A DNA stretch of 64,000 nucleotides from an uncultured bacterium (GTDB lineage: Bacteria > CSSED10-310 > CALFER01), in contig CALFER010000090.1 in assembly GCA_937951895.1 (NCBI GenBank), positions 25,648 through 89,647 of the forward strand. Reading direction: 5' to 3'. Positions 39,256 through 49,763 of the stretch are shown in pieces. Made by a program: the position numbers and the translations under genes. Positions within the stretch are counted from its first letter, which is position 1. Each line of letters opens with the position of its first letter. The notes beneath the pieces were generated by a model that saw only the letters and a program-made list of their open reading frames with translations, was not told where the DNA came from and ran no database searches.

Positions 39256-39828
39256 ATGGTCTGGATTGGACGTGATGCCGTGGACGACACCGAACTGATC
39301 GAACAAGTAAAAGCAGGGAATCAATCAGCCTACTCCAGCCTCATGGACCGGTACATGCCGCTCGTTTATTCCCTGAATCTGCGGATGCTCCGGAATCCGC
39401 AGGATGCCGAAGATGCCACACAGGATGTCTTCATTCGGGCGTATCAGCAGATCAATCAGTTCAGGGGACAATCGCGATTCAGCACATGGTTATACCGGAT
39501 TGCGGTGAACATGAACCTACGGAAACTCAAGAAAATCAACAGGATCAACCATGAAATCGACGTGAGCGCCTTGGTGGATCTCCCGGACCCGGGCGGTAAC
39601 CCTCTGACGCACACTCTCGCACGCGATGAACGTGAAACACTCGATCGATTGATCACCAGGCTGCCCCCCAAGCAAAAACTCGTGCTGATGCTTCGGGCAA
39701 TCCGGCAGATGCCATTTTCTGAAATCGCCGCGATCACGAAGCGCTCACTGGGATCGGTCAAGGCCAATTACTTTCTCGCAGTCCAGAATCTGACTCTCGC
39801 AATGCGGAAGGAGACCGGGAAATCATGA
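39256..39828 (+). CDS. ECF-subfamily RNA polymerase sigma-70 factor
   Basis: Sigma-70 region 2 (..DAEDATQDVFIRAYQ..FSTWLYRIAVN) and region 4 (LPPKQKLVLML) are present. Confidence 0.85.
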   Translation: MVWIGRDAVDDTELIEQVKAGNQSAYSSLMDRYMPLVYSLNLRMLRNPQDAEDATQDVFIRAYQQINQFRGQSRFSTWLYRIAVNMNLRKLKKINRINHEIDVSALVDLPDPGGNPLTHTLARDERETLDRLITRLPPKQKLVLMLRAIRQMPFSEIAAITKRSLGSVKANYFLAVQNLTLAMRKETGKS

Positions 39829-40430
39829 ACGAGTGCAACCGTTTCCGAAAGCAGGTTTCTCTGGGACATTTCGACGAATCTCTCCGGGAAGTGTCGCTTT
39901 CGAACCAAAACCATATCGCGTCCTGCCCGGATTGCCGCGAATGGATCAGCCAACTCGGGAAGATTGAAGAGCAGTTGAATCCTGACCGGGAGATTCCGGC
40001 GATCGAACCGGAAGTACTGAGACGAATGAAGCGGAGTGTTATGGTTGCGATCGATGCGACACCGATTCGAGCCGGATTTCTGCGATCGTTTCTGCTGTCG
40101 ACGAAACTCATCGCATTTTCTTCGGCAGCCGCCCTTCTGATATTGATTATCGCATTCAGGATCGCTCCGATCCGCCATGGATCGGACCATGACAGCGAAC
40201 GTGCGATCGCTGCGGCAACGCTGTTGGTCGAAGAAACGGACTCGCTGGATACCGCAGACCCCGAAGTTCTTTCTCAAGCGCTATGGATTCAGATCGACAC
40301 GGCTCTGATGCCGTTCATCGAGGAAGAAATCGAGACATCCGATTCGACCGGACTGTCGGATTCCATGTTGGAAACTGCACGGAGTTTTCAGGAGGATGAC
40401 TGGAACGCTCTCAGGAGGTATTTATCATGA
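39825..40430 (+). CDS. Anti-sigma factor (zinc-finger N-terminus, single TM)
   Basis: Sits immediately downstream of, and coupled to, the ECF sigma gene. Has an HxxxCxxC-like motif HIASCPDCREW and a central hydrophobic helix. Confidence 0.6.
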   Translation: MNECNRFRKQVSLGHFDESLREVSLSNQNHIASCPDCREWISQLGKIEEQLNPDREIPAIEPEVLRRMKRSVMVAIDATPIRAGFLRSFLLSTKLIAFSSAAALLILIIAFRIAPIRHGSDHDSERAIAAATLLVEETDSLDTADPEVLSQALWIQIDTALMPFIEEEIETSDSTGLSDSMLETARSFQEDDWNALRRYLS

Positions 40431-41014
40431 GATGCACGGGAGTATTTGAACGATGGGCTGTCATTGTTTTCCTGTTGCTCGGCGCGACAGTGTCGGCGCA
40501 GGAAGGTTCACCGACTCAGAATGACCATAAGCGGCGTGAAGATGCCCGTGAGATGATGGAATCGATCCGCATCTGGAAGATCACGCAGGAACTGGAAGTC
40601 GATGAGTCACTCGCGTCACGCCTCTTTCCCAGGATCAACGAAAGCAATCGGATTCGACGCCAAACCGACCGGGATATTGCGAAATCTCTTGCTGAACTGC
40701 AAGTTCTCATCGAAAAAGGCGCTCCGGATTCTGCGTTGAACGCAGGGCTGGAAAACGTGATTCAGGTCCGCGAGAACGGCATGCGTGCGATCAGGCAATC
40801 CGAAGATCGCATCATGGAACTCCTGACGCCGAAACAGAAGGCGAAGTATCTGGTGCTGGAATCCGAGTTCCCCCGCAAGGTGCGGGATTTCATGCGGCAG
40901 CACCGAAGTCAGAAGCGCGGAGAAGCCGGTAATGGATCAGGACCACCGCCCTGGACGGATCCCCTACCTCCCGACGGACCCCCGGATTTTCCCGAACATC
41001 CTCACGGTGAGTAA
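40427..41014 (+). CDS. Periplasmic LTXXQ-motif protein (Spy/CpxP-like)
   Basis: Signal peptide. LTPKQKAKY is an LTXXQ motif. Coiled helical repeat. Confidence 0.55.
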   Translation: MRCTGVFERWAVIVFLLLGATVSAQEGSPTQNDHKRREDAREMMESIRIWKITQELEVDESLASRLFPRINESNRIRRQTDRDIAKSLAELQVLIEKGAPDSALNAGLENVIQVRENGMRAIRQSEDRIMELLTPKQKAKYLVLESEFPRKVRDFMRQHRSQKRGEAGNGSGPPPWTDPLPPDGPPDFPEHPHGE

Positions 41015-41511
41015 GTTTTCTCTGCCTGCTGTGCGTCCCGGATGACCTTGTTCGACAGATTCTGCTTATAGGCGTGCAGCAGGGGTTTCAGTTCGGTGAA
41101 TTCATTTGCAATGACCTGAACGGCAAACAGCGCGGCATTCCGGGCGCCTCCCTGTCCAACAGCCATCGTCGCCACCGGCACTCCGGGGGGCATCTGCACC
41201 ATCGACAGCATGGCATCCATTCCGAGCAGAACGGAAGAGGGAATCGGAACTCCGACAACCGGCAAGGTGGTCTCGGCTGCGATGGCTCCGGGTAATCCTG
41301 CAGACCAGCCCGCAGCCGCGATGATCACTCTCACTCCCAGCCCTTCTGCCTCCCGTGCGAGTGTGACCGTTCGTTCCGGTGTCCGGTGTGCGCTGCTCAC
41401 CGTCATCCGATATGGCACTTTGAACTCCTCGAGAATCTCGATTGCACCCGACACAACCGACAGATCCGATGAACTTCCGATAATGATTAAGACACGAGGA
41501 CACGATTTCAT
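41002..41511 (-). CDS. purE: N5-carboxyaminoimidazole ribonucleotide mutase
   Basis: VLIIIGSSSDL..., PVVGVP and the MAVGQGGARNAAL motifs are present. Confidence 0.85.
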   Translation of the reverse strand: MKSCPRVLIIIGSSSDLSVVSGAIEILEEFKVPYRMTVSSAHRTPERTVTLAREAEGLGVRVIIAAAGWSAGLPGAIAAETTLPVVGVPIPSSVLLGMDAMLSMVQMPPGVPVATMAVGQGGARNAALFAVQVIANEFTELKPLLHAYKQNLSNKVIRDAQQAEKTYSP

Positions 41512-42797
41512 TTCCCGACCTCCCTATCCAGCGCTCTCCAACCGATGTCATTCCGATAATAGATACCCTCAAACTGAATTTTTTTCAGGCGAGCATACGC
41601 CCGATCGCGAGCTCTCCGGAATGTGTCGCCCAGCGCACAGACCGCCAGCACGCGGCCTCCTGCAGTCCTGATCCCGCCGTCGGAATCACTCGCCGTTCCC
41701 GCATGAAACACCTCCACACCGGTCTCAGCGGCATCCCATGACGCATCGATGATCGGATAGCCCGATCGATACGCGCCCGGATACCCTCCGGACGCGGCAA
41801 CGACACAAACCGACGGACTGGGATCCCAGACCAGAGGTGGGAGTGCAGCGATCGTACCATTCACGGCCGCAAGGATCACATCGCAGAGATCGCTTTTCAG
41901 ACGCATGAGAACAGACTGGGTTTCCGGATCTCCGAAGCGCACGTTGTATTCGAGCACGTAAGGATGCGAATCGACAACCATGATTCCGACATACAGGATG
42001 CCGATGAAGGGGGAGCCATCCCGTCGCATCCCGAGAATTGTCGGGCGTATGATCTGTTCTTCGATCGTGTGTTTCAGCGGGGGTGTGATGACGGGAGCCG
42101 GCGAGTATGATCCCATTCCACCGGTGTTTGCACCCGTATCGCCTTCTCCGACAGCCTTGTGATCCTGGCTGGTTTCAAGCAGACACCAGCTTTCTCCATC
42201 ACTGACCGCCATGATCGAAGCCTCTTCCCCCACCAGTTTTTCCTCGACAAGTATCGTCGCGCCGGCATCTCCGAATCGTTTGTCGACGAGCATCATTCGT
42301 GCGGCAGAATCCGCCTCTTCCTCCCCGGAGCAGACCACCACCCCTTTTCCTGCCGCAAGGCCATCCGCCTTGATGACACATGCACCGTTGAATTGTCTGA
42401 TCGCGTTCCCGGCTTCCTCCAAGCTTCGACAGATCCTCCAGCGGGCAGTTGGAATCCCGTGTCTCGCCATGAACTCCTTCGCATACACTTTGCTGCCCTC
42501 GAGGCGAGCGGCACGTTCTGACGGCCCGAAGATTCGACAATCACCCAGTCGATCGACCAATCCCATGGTCAGAGGCGCTTCCGGGCCGATAACGATCAGA
42601 TCCGGTCGAAGATTCCGGGCGAATTGACAGAGGTCATCGATCCGATCAGACGGAATCGCATGACACGAGGCAATCCTGCTGATTCCTGCATTTCCCGGTG
42701 TCACGTGCAACTCGTGTCGATGCGCGGAGCGTTTCAGCGCCCAAACAATGGCGTGCTCGCGTCCCCCCCCACCGATAATCAGTATTTTCATGTTCAA
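41508..42797 (-). CDS. purD: Phosphoribosylamine--glycine ligase
   Basis: [19 protein letters not shown] and an ATP-grasp domain. Confidence 0.9.
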   Translation of the reverse strand: MNMKILIIGGGGREHAIVWALKRSAHRHELHVTPGNAGISRIASCHAIPSDRIDDLCQFARNLRPDLIVIGPEAPLTMGLVDRLGDCRIFGPSERAARLEGSKVYAKEFMARHGIPTARWRICRSLEEAGNAIRQFNGACVIKADGLAAGKGVVVCSGEEEADSAARMMLVDKRFGDAGATILVEEKLVGEEASIMAVSDGESWCLLETSQDHKAVGEGDTGANTGGMGSYSPAPVITPPLKHTIEEQIIRPTILGMRRDGSPFIGILYVGIMVVDSHPYVLEYNVRFGDPETQSVLMRLKSDLCDVILAAVNGTIAALPPLVWDPSPSVCVVAASGGYPGAYRSGYPIIDASWDAAETGVEVFHAGTASDSDGGIRTAGGRVLAVCALGDTFRRARDRAYARLKKIQFEGIYYRNDIGWRALDREVGK

Positions 42798-42803
42798 CCT
42801 CTC

Positions 42804-44372
42804 TCAATGCCTGAAATGTCGTTTGTCCGTGAAGATCATGGCAATCCCCTGCTCGTTGCAGGCCGCGATCACCTCATCGTCCCGCTTCGAACCTCCGGGT
42901 TGAATGACAGCCGTCACCCCATGCCGTGCCGCATGGTCGATCCCGTCCCGGAACGGGAAGAAGGCATCCGATGCCAGAACAGCCCCCCTCACACGCTGCC
43001 CGCCTTTTGTGCAAGCGATCGTGACCGAATCCACCCGACTTACCTGACCTCCACCGATCCCGACCGTTGCGCCATTCGATGCACAAACGATCGCGTTCGA
43101 TTTGACGTGACGCACGATCCTCCAGGCAAAATCCAGATCCCTGAGTTCTTCGGAAGTCGGAGCACGATTCGTCACCACCCGATGCGGCACACATCCGCGG
43201 TCGCTTCGATCCCGCTCCTGAATGAGGGCGCCTGAACCCATGAAACGCAGATCGAATGTCTGTTCCCTGAGGTCCGGAGGCATGCTGAGGATACGCCGGT
43301 TTTTCTTTTTCAGGAGCAGTTTCAAAGACTCTTCGGGATAATCCGGGGCGATGATGACTTCCAGAAAGGGTGTCTCGTTGAGAAGTTGAGCGACATCCAT
43401 CGTGACCGATTGATTGAGTGCGGCGATACCGCCATAGGCCGATACGGGATCACTGTCATACGCACGCCGGTAGGCATCGGCCAGGTTGTTCGCAGATGCA
43501 GCGCCGCATGGTGTCTGATGTTTGATTATCGCCACGGCAGCTTCGTCAAATGATCCCGCGACATCCCAGGCTGCCTGAGCATCCAGGATGTTATTGAAAG
43601 ACATCTCCAACCCGCCGTGAACGCGCGCGTTCAGGACACTGACTTTACTGGACAGCGGTACGACATAACGGGCGGCTTTCTGATGGGGATTTTCACCATA
43701 CCGAAGATCGGACTCATGCCGGAAAGGTATTGTGAGCAATCCGGATGGGAGCCCGGGGGTAGTGTGGGATCGAACGGCGTGTTGCCGGTAAAAGTAATCC
43801 GCAATCACGGCATCATAGTATGCTGTGTGCTGAAAGGCTTTCATGGCCAGTTCGAATCGGAAGGATTCCGGCAACACACCGTTTTCCCGTTCCAGCAAGT
43901 CGATAATCCTGGCGTAATCGCAGGTATCGGTAACAATTGCCGTATGCCGATAGTTCTTGGCAGCAGCACGGATCATCGAGGGCCCACCGATATCGATGTT
44001 TTCGATAATCAACTCGTGATCTTCCGGATCCTGCATGACAGTACGCTCAAAGGGATAAAGATTGACAACGATGATGTCAAAGGGTTCGATCGCGAGTGAA
44101 CGCAGGGTTTCAATGTGTCTCGAGTCGGATCGATCCGCCAGAATGCCGGCATGGATGTTCGGATGAAGCGTCTTGACCCGTCCATCCAGAATCTCCGGGA
44201 AATGTGTCACCGCACTGACATCGATCACTCGAAGTCCTTCCTTGCGAAGTGCGGTCGCTGTGCCGCCGGTCGAAATGATCTCAAAGCCATGATCACGGAG
44301 ATGCGTTGCGAACGTCGCGATGTCTGTCTTATCGGAAACACTGATAAGTGCTCGTTTCAAGGACGAATTCAT
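42804..44372 (-). CDS. purH: Bifunctional AICAR transformylase/IMP cyclohydrolase
   Basis: [33 protein letters not shown] (MGS-like) plus an AICARFT domain. Confidence 0.9.
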   Translation of the reverse strand: MNSSLKRALISVSDKTDIATFATHLRDHGFEIISTGGTATALRKEGLRVIDVSAVTHFPEILDGRVKTLHPNIHAGILADRSDSRHIETLRSLAIEPFDIIVVNLYPFERTVMQDPEDHELIIENIDIGGPSMIRAAAKNYRHTAIVTDTCDYARIIDLLERENGVLPESFRFELAMKAFQHTAYYDAVIADYFYRQHAVRSHTTPGLPSGLLTIPFRHESDLRYGENPHQKAARYVVPLSSKVSVLNARVHGGLEMSFNNILDAQAAWDVAGSFDEAAVAIIKHQTPCGAASANNLADAYRRAYDSDPVSAYGGIAALNQSVTMDVAQLLNETPFLEVIIAPDYPEESLKLLLKKKNRRILSMPPDLREQTFDLRFMGSGALIQERDRSDRGCVPHRVVTNRAPTSEELRDLDFAWRIVRHVKSNAIVCASNGATVGIGGGQVSRVDSVTIACTKGGQRVRGAVLASDAFFPFRDGIDHAARHGVTAVIQPGGSKRDDEVIAACNEQGIAMIFTDKRHFRH

Positions 44373-44395
44373 CTCTGTTCCTTTCGATGATGATC

Positions 44396-45055
44396 TCAGG
44401 GTATCGAGGCTGCCTGAAGGAGATCCGCAACCGCTTTGGCCGGATCCGGTGTTTTGAAAACCGAATTGCCGGCAATCACGATTCGTGCTCCGGCTCGGAC
44501 CAGTTCTTTGACATTGGAAAGATTGACGCCGCCATCCACGGATATGATCGCTCGGAGATTTCTGGACCGGATCACATTATTCAGACGCGCGATTTTATCG
44601 ATAGTCTCCGGTATGAAGTCCTGTCCGCCGAATCCGGGATTGACCGCCATGACAAGGACGAAATCGACGAGATGGAGGATTTCGGCGAGATGGCCGAGCG
44701 GAGTCGAAGGATTGATCGCGACTCCCGCCTTGACACCCGTCGAACGGATCATAGTCAACGTGCGGTGGAGGTGAACACAGGCTTCGACATGCACGGAAAG
44801 CCGGTCCGCTCCGGCCTTCACGAATGCGTTGATGTATCGATCCGGTTCGGTGATCATGAGATGAACATCGAGAGGCAGTCGCGATGCATTTTTTACGGAA
44901 TTGACCACGAGCGGGCCGATTGTGATGTTTGGAACAAAATGCCCATCCATGACATCCATATGAATCAGATGGGCTCCTCCGCGGCTCACGAGATCGATCT
45001 GAGAACCCAGTTGGGAGAAATCGGCAGACAGAATCGATGGCGCAATCTCAATCAT
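44396..45055 (-). CDS. rpe: Ribulose-phosphate 3-epimerase
   Basis: APSILSADF ... HLDVMDGHFVPNITIG. Confidence 0.9.
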   Translation of the reverse strand: MIEIAPSILSADFSQLGSQIDLVSRGGAHLIHMDVMDGHFVPNITIGPLVVNSVKNASRLPLDVHLMITEPDRYINAFVKAGADRLSVHVEACVHLHRTLTMIRSTGVKAGVAINPSTPLGHLAEILHLVDFVLVMAVNPGFGGQDFIPETIDKIARLNNVIRSRNLRAIISVDGGVNLSNVKELVRAGARIVIAGNSVFKTPDPAKAVADLLQAASIP

Positions 45056-45065
45056 CCCTCCCTCC

Positions 45066-45986
45066 TCACCATTTTTCGTTCAAAACCTTTCGACCATCCA
45101 GATAAACTTCGATTCGGCCTTCCCCCGTTTTCGAAACCACCACACTGACCGTATCTCCGGGAGTCGGTGCCATCCGACGCAGTATGCGACGTTCATCACC
45201 CAGAATATACTCGATCTGCAGCTGTTTCGCCACCGTGTCATCGGGAATCCGATATGTGAAAGTCTCCGAGTCTGACCCGTTGGAATCGGTGTCTTCCGGA
45301 GTGATCTCGAGGGATATCGAATCGCGCTCCGTGAGCATTTCCCCGGCTTTGGGGATTTGCGAGACGACCATACCGGGTTGCTGCATGCGGGTCTGTGAAA
45401 TCACGATTTCAGGGTTGAAGTGACTACCCAGAATTCTGCGGCTTTCCTCAATCGATAGACCGATCAGGTCAGGCATTCGGAACTCCATCGGCTTCTCGCC
45501 GAGGCTGACGAGAAATCGGACGGGGGAACCGGGAAGCACGACCTCACCCGGTCCCGGCGCATGCGCGATGACCTCCCCTTCATGGTATACAGCCTCATGC
45601 AGAAGGATCTCGGAGATGGAACCGAACCCGAGCTGTGAGGCCTCGATGCGCGCCTGACGGATGCCGAACCCGGAAAGATCAGGCATGTCAATATGTTCAG
45701 GCCCCGAGGAGATGACCAGGTGAACCGTCGAGTAACGCTTTCGGGATTCTCCGGCAGGCGGAGATTGCGATATGATGCTGCCGCGCGGGATCGTTTCATG
45801 AGCCTGTTCACCGTCGATCACGCTGTAAATTTGCGTTTCCTGCAGATGCTGGATGGCGGATGCGAGATCCTTTCCGGTGACATCCGGAAGCACGATGTCT
45901 CCGCCACTGGTGATGAGCTGAAGAGTCACCCAACCTGCCAATGCGGCAAGGATGCAGAATACCACGAAGAAAAACAGATACTTCAT
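45066..45986 (-). CDS. Stand-alone membrane-anchored PASTA-domain protein (three PASTA repeats, no kinase or PBP domain)
   Basis: N-terminal TM. Three repeats begin PDVTGKDLASA / PDLSGFGIRQA / PDLIGLSIEES, each about 65-70 aa. Confidence 0.7.
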   Translation of the reverse strand: MKYLFFFVVFCILAALAGWVTLQLITSGGDIVLPDVTGKDLASAIQHLQETQIYSVIDGEQAHETIPRGSIISQSPPAGESRKRYSTVHLVISSGPEHIDMPDLSGFGIRQARIEASQLGFGSISEILLHEAVYHEGEVIAHAPGPGEVVLPGSPVRFLVSLGEKPMEFRMPDLIGLSIEESRRILGSHFNPEIVISQTRMQQPGMVVSQIPKAGEMLTERDSISLEITPEDTDSNGSDSETFTYRIPDDTVAKQLQIEYILGDERRILRRMAPTPGDTVSVVVSKTGEGRIEVYLDGRKVLNEKW

Positions 45987-46008
45987 CGATACCTCGGCAA
46001 CGACCCCA

Positions 46009-46980
46009 TCACAAAGAGGGCTTCCCCTGAAATCGGTCCCCTATTCTCACATATCTCCCATTGATGAGCAAATCAGCGCGCATCCGAGCTTTCGATGGAG
46101 GTTGAACCTGCTCCAAACGCAACAGGCCACTGCCGGTCTGGATCAAAAGCCCCTTGTTCGGTAACGATCCGACGATGCAACCGGGATCGGCATCCGAAAC
46201 GATGCCGCAGACAGTACGATCCTGGACGGCTGCCCGGTGAATTTTAATACGCAGATCATTGACAATCGAGAATGCACCGGGTCTCGGAGTCGTGCCGCGT
46301 ATGTAACGGGCTATTTGTTCCGATGTGGATGACCAGTCGAGCATCCCGTCCGATGACTGCAGCTTCGGCGCAAAGGTCGCATGCTGATGGTCCTGGGCGA
46401 TCGGGGTCAAGCGATTTTCGACATAATCCAACAGAGTCGGTGGCAAAAGGTTCGCTCCAAGATCCGCAAGCTTCGACTCCAGAGAATCCACATCGTCTTC
46501 GTCGGAGATCTCGATCGAACTCTGCCCGAGAATCGGTCCCGCATCCATCTCACGGCAGGTCTTCATGATCGATACCCCCGTGTGCGTGTGACCTTCGATG
46601 ATGGCCCAGTTGATCGGAGCCGCTCCTCGCAGAGCAGGGAGAAGGGATGCATGCACATTGACAACCCCATACCGGGCAGATCTCAGGTGTCGCTCCGTCA
46701 GGATTTTTCCGTAGGATGCAGTCACCATCAGGTCGGGCGCGAGCGACTCGAGCAACTGATAGAATTCAGGAGTCCGGATTTTTTCTGGTTGCACGATCCG
46801 CGCTGAAAACTCGGCTGCCTTCACCTTACAGCACGGAGATTCCAGATGCTGATGCCTGCCTTGCGGTCGATCCGGTTGCGTCACGACCAGCACGACATCA
46901 AAGGACTCCGTCATCAGACTGCACAGCATCGGAACGGCAAACCGAGAGGTTCCCATGAAGACAACCCGGAGTGGGTTCAC
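46009..46980 (-). CDS. fmt: Methionyl-tRNA formyltransferase
   Basis: RVVFMGTSRFAVP..., a formyltransferase core, and a C-terminal domain. Confidence 0.9.
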   Translation of the reverse strand: MNPLRVVFMGTSRFAVPMLCSLMTESFDVVLVVTQPDRPQGRHQHLESPCCKVKAAEFSARIVQPEKIRTPEFYQLLESLAPDLMVTASYGKILTERHLRSARYGVVNVHASLLPALRGAAPINWAIIEGHTHTGVSIMKTCREMDAGPILGQSSIEISDEDDVDSLESKLADLGANLLPPTLLDYVENRLTPIAQDHQHATFAPKLQSSDGMLDWSSTSEQIARYIRGTTPRPGAFSIVNDLRIKIHRAAVQDRTVCGIVSDADPGCIVGSLPNKGLLIQTGSGLLRLEQVQPPSKARMRADLLINGRYVRIGDRFQGKPSL

Positions 46981-47495
46981 GCGGGAAGAGGTTCCTTCCT
47001 GAGTCTTCTTCGGAGTTTCCTATGGGCAAATTCCTTTTTGATCGGGGAGAGTCTGTCGACGAACAGAACGCCGTTGAGGTGATCCGTTTCATGCTGGATA
47101 ATTCTGGCCGTCGTTCCTGTTTCCCTGAAAGTGACGGGTGTGCCATCCCGAAGGACCGCCTCCACGTCGATCTCACGCCATCGTTCGACATCCGCCGTAT
47201 AATCCGGAATGCTCAGGCAACCTTCCTCACAGACATCTCGTTCACGTCCATGCGCAACGATGTTGGGGTTGACGAGTTCGCGCACCTCCGGGTGTCCTTC
47301 GTCGAGCCCGAAAGTAACGATGATGACCCGTTTGGAAACACCGATCTGAGGCGCGGCCAGCCCGATACCCGGCGCGCGATCCATCGTCTCCTTCATATCC
47401 TCGATCAGTTGTTCCAGCTCTGCATCGAACTCGGTGACTGGCTCGGCCACCTGTTTCAGGACTGAATCCCCGTAGGTTTTTATTCGACGTAACAC
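46977..47495 (-). CDS. def: Peptide deformylase
   Basis: GIGLAAPQIG, EGCLS and HETDHLNG motifs. Confidence 0.9.
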   Translation of the reverse strand: MLRRIKTYGDSVLKQVAEPVTEFDAELEQLIEDMKETMDRAPGIGLAAPQIGVSKRVIIVTFGLDEGHPEVRELVNPNIVAHGRERDVCEEGCLSIPDYTADVERWREIDVEAVLRDGTPVTFRETGTTARIIQHETDHLNGVLFVDRLSPIKKEFAHRKLRRRLRKEPLPA

Positions 47496-47585
47496 GTTTC
47501 ACCCTCCACGATTCATATCTCCACTCCGATTTTACTGAGTGTCTGACAGCATAGCAAGCAGCAGGTCGATCGCGACAACAGCGCA

Positions 47586-48320
47586 TCACCGGGTAACGGC
47601 TATCGGCCTCCCGAGATACTTCATGACTTCCTGGACATCCTCCCAGACCGGCTTCCGGTATTCCGGATTGCGCAGCAAGGCGGCCGGATGATAGGTGGCT
47701 CTCAGACAGATACCTTTATAATCATGAAACTGGCCGCGCAAAGCGACCATCGGTGCTGACTTCCCCAGCAACCATTTTGCGGCGGTGGCGCCCAGTGCCA
47801 CGATGATCCTTGGTTGCAGAACCATGATCTGCTGCTCGAGAAAAGCGCCACATACCGTCATCTCATCAGTTTCCGGTACACGATTGTTCGGAGGCCTGCA
47901 TTTCACGACATTGCAGATATAGACATCCTTTCGACTCAGTCCCATTGCCAGAATTATCCGATCCAACAACTGTCCGGCTTTGCCGACAAACGGCAGTCCG
48001 GTCTGATCTTCTTCAGATCCCGGACCCTCCCCGACAAAAACAATCTCGGGATCCGGATTTCCTTCTCCGAATACAATGTGAGTCCTCGTCAGATGCAGCT
48101 TGCAGCGGTGACAGTCCCCAATCCGATCTCGAATGGATCGAAGCGACACGTCTTCGTGAGGAGATACCGGTTCCGATGCCGTCACATCTGTTCGCGTGAC
48201 CGATTCTTGTGCGGCAGTGGTCTTGCGCATATCAATCGAATCGACGCCTTCCGATTTCAGGCGCTCCAGATATCGGTGAACGTCGATCAGGATACCTCTG
48301 AGACCATCATTCAGGTCCAT
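47586..48320 (-). CDS. Family 4 uracil-DNA glycosylase
   Basis: [27 protein letters not shown] and Cys ligands for a 4Fe-4S cluster (CHRCKL...). Confidence 0.8.
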   Translation of the reverse strand: [244 protein letters not shown]

Positions 48321-48329
48321 TGTGCGTCG

Positions 48330-49751
48330 TTAACCGGCTTTCTGGATGGCAGCAAGAAGCCCGTCGATCGTTTTGTTAACATCGGTGTTCATGTTGGCGT
48401 CGCGCAGTTTGCTCAGATAGGGGACCGCATCCTTGCCACCCAGTTTTCCCAACGTCTGAAGCAGTTGGGAGACAGCAGGGGTCCCCGGCGTGGCGATCTT
48501 GGCGGCGAGATAACGCAGCACGCGCGGTCGTTCGAGTTCAGACAAAGCGGTGATCGTTTCGGCAAGATAGTCCGGTTCGCCAAGAAATGAAACCAGATGC
48601 GTTACCGCGCGTTCCTGATCCAAAGTACGAATGATCCGGATCACATCAGGCCCCAGTTCCGGAAGGGAGATGAAACGAGTCAGCAGCCGGATGCTGCGAC
48701 GGGAACTGATCCCGGCGAAAACCTCCAGGATGACGAGTTTGACCGGCACCGGGGCATCTTGAATCATTTCCTCAAGCAGATTGATCGCTTCTTCGGAACC
48801 AATCTGACCGATCGTGCGGATCGCACTCTGCTTGAGCGTCCAGTTTTCGGACTTCAAACACCGTTTGAGCATGGAAAAAACAACTGGGAGTTTCGATGAG
48901 GACAACACTTCCATCGTTCTCCGCCGAACCGATATATTCTGGTCACTCAATCCACTGATAATCATCGACACACTGTCATCCGAGTTTAGACCGGCAAGAA
49001 CGCTGATTGCATTTAGTTTCGCGACGGTGCTACCCTGCGCCAGAATATCACTCATGGCATCGATGACATCATCATCGGCATGTCGAATGAGAATCTCGAC
49101 GACACTCAAATGAACGAGTCTGTTGGGATTTGCAAGTTCTTTCTTCGCTCGACTGAGAATCGCGCCGGTTTCAATTGCAATCAACGCGCGGATGGCGGCA
49201 TTCCGAACATTCCATGATTGATCACTGAGAGCATCAATCAGGCAGTCGACCGCCCGTTCTTCCTGTCGCTTTCCAAGTAGCTCGATAATCGTGGATTTCA
49301 ATTCATCGTCATTGGAGTTACCGAACAACTGGATCAGGAGGTCGGTTGCAGCGGACGAATCATAACGTGCGAGCACGACAGCGATGTTTTTTCGGAGAGC
49401 GGCGTCGCCGCCCGGAGAAGACAGAATGCCACGGAAAGCAGGAAGTGCGATCCGGGGTGAAACCTGGGCCAGGGCATCCTGAGCGGAATTCCGTGTAATC
49501 CAGGAATCATCGTACAGTAAATGAAGCAGTGAAGGAATCACCGTTTCGTCGCCCAGCTTGCCGATCAGTTTTGCAGCAACCGAGCGAATTTTGTGGTTGT
49601 TGTCCTTCAGGGCGTCGAACAACAGATCTTTGATTTCATCGAAGGCATGATTCGGAAGAGCCATCAGCGCCTGATGCCGTTCGGCGAGCGTTCCGGTCTG
49701 GAACAGCTTGACCAGTTGTTCGAGCGATTGCTGCGGCACCGGTTTGCTCAT
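48330..49751 (-). CDS. HEAT-repeat (PBS-lyase-like) protein
   Basis: More than 10 roughly 30-aa HEAT-like repeats (..VRxxAxxALgxig..). Confidence 0.65.
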   Translation of the reverse strand: MSKPVPQQSLEQLVKLFQTGTLAERHQALMALPNHAFDEIKDLLFDALKDNNHKIRSVAAKLIGKLGDETVIPSLLHLLYDDSWITRNSAQDALAQVSPRIALPAFRGILSSPGGDAALRKNIAVVLARYDSSAATDLLIQLFGNSNDDELKSTIIELLGKRQEERAVDCLIDALSDQSWNVRNAAIRALIAIETGAILSRAKKELANPNRLVHLSVVEILIRHADDDVIDAMSDILAQGSTVAKLNAISVLAGLNSDDSVSMIISGLSDQNISVRRRTMEVLSSSKLPVVFSMLKRCLKSENWTLKQSAIRTIGQIGSEEAINLLEEMIQDAPVPVKLVILEVFAGISSRRSIRLLTRFISLPELGPDVIRIIRTLDQERAVTHLVSFLGEPDYLAETITALSELERPRVLRYLAAKIATPGTPAVSQLLQTLGKLGGKDAVPYLSKLRDANMNTDVNKTIDGLLAAIQKAG

Positions 49752-49763
49752 TGAATAGAACCT

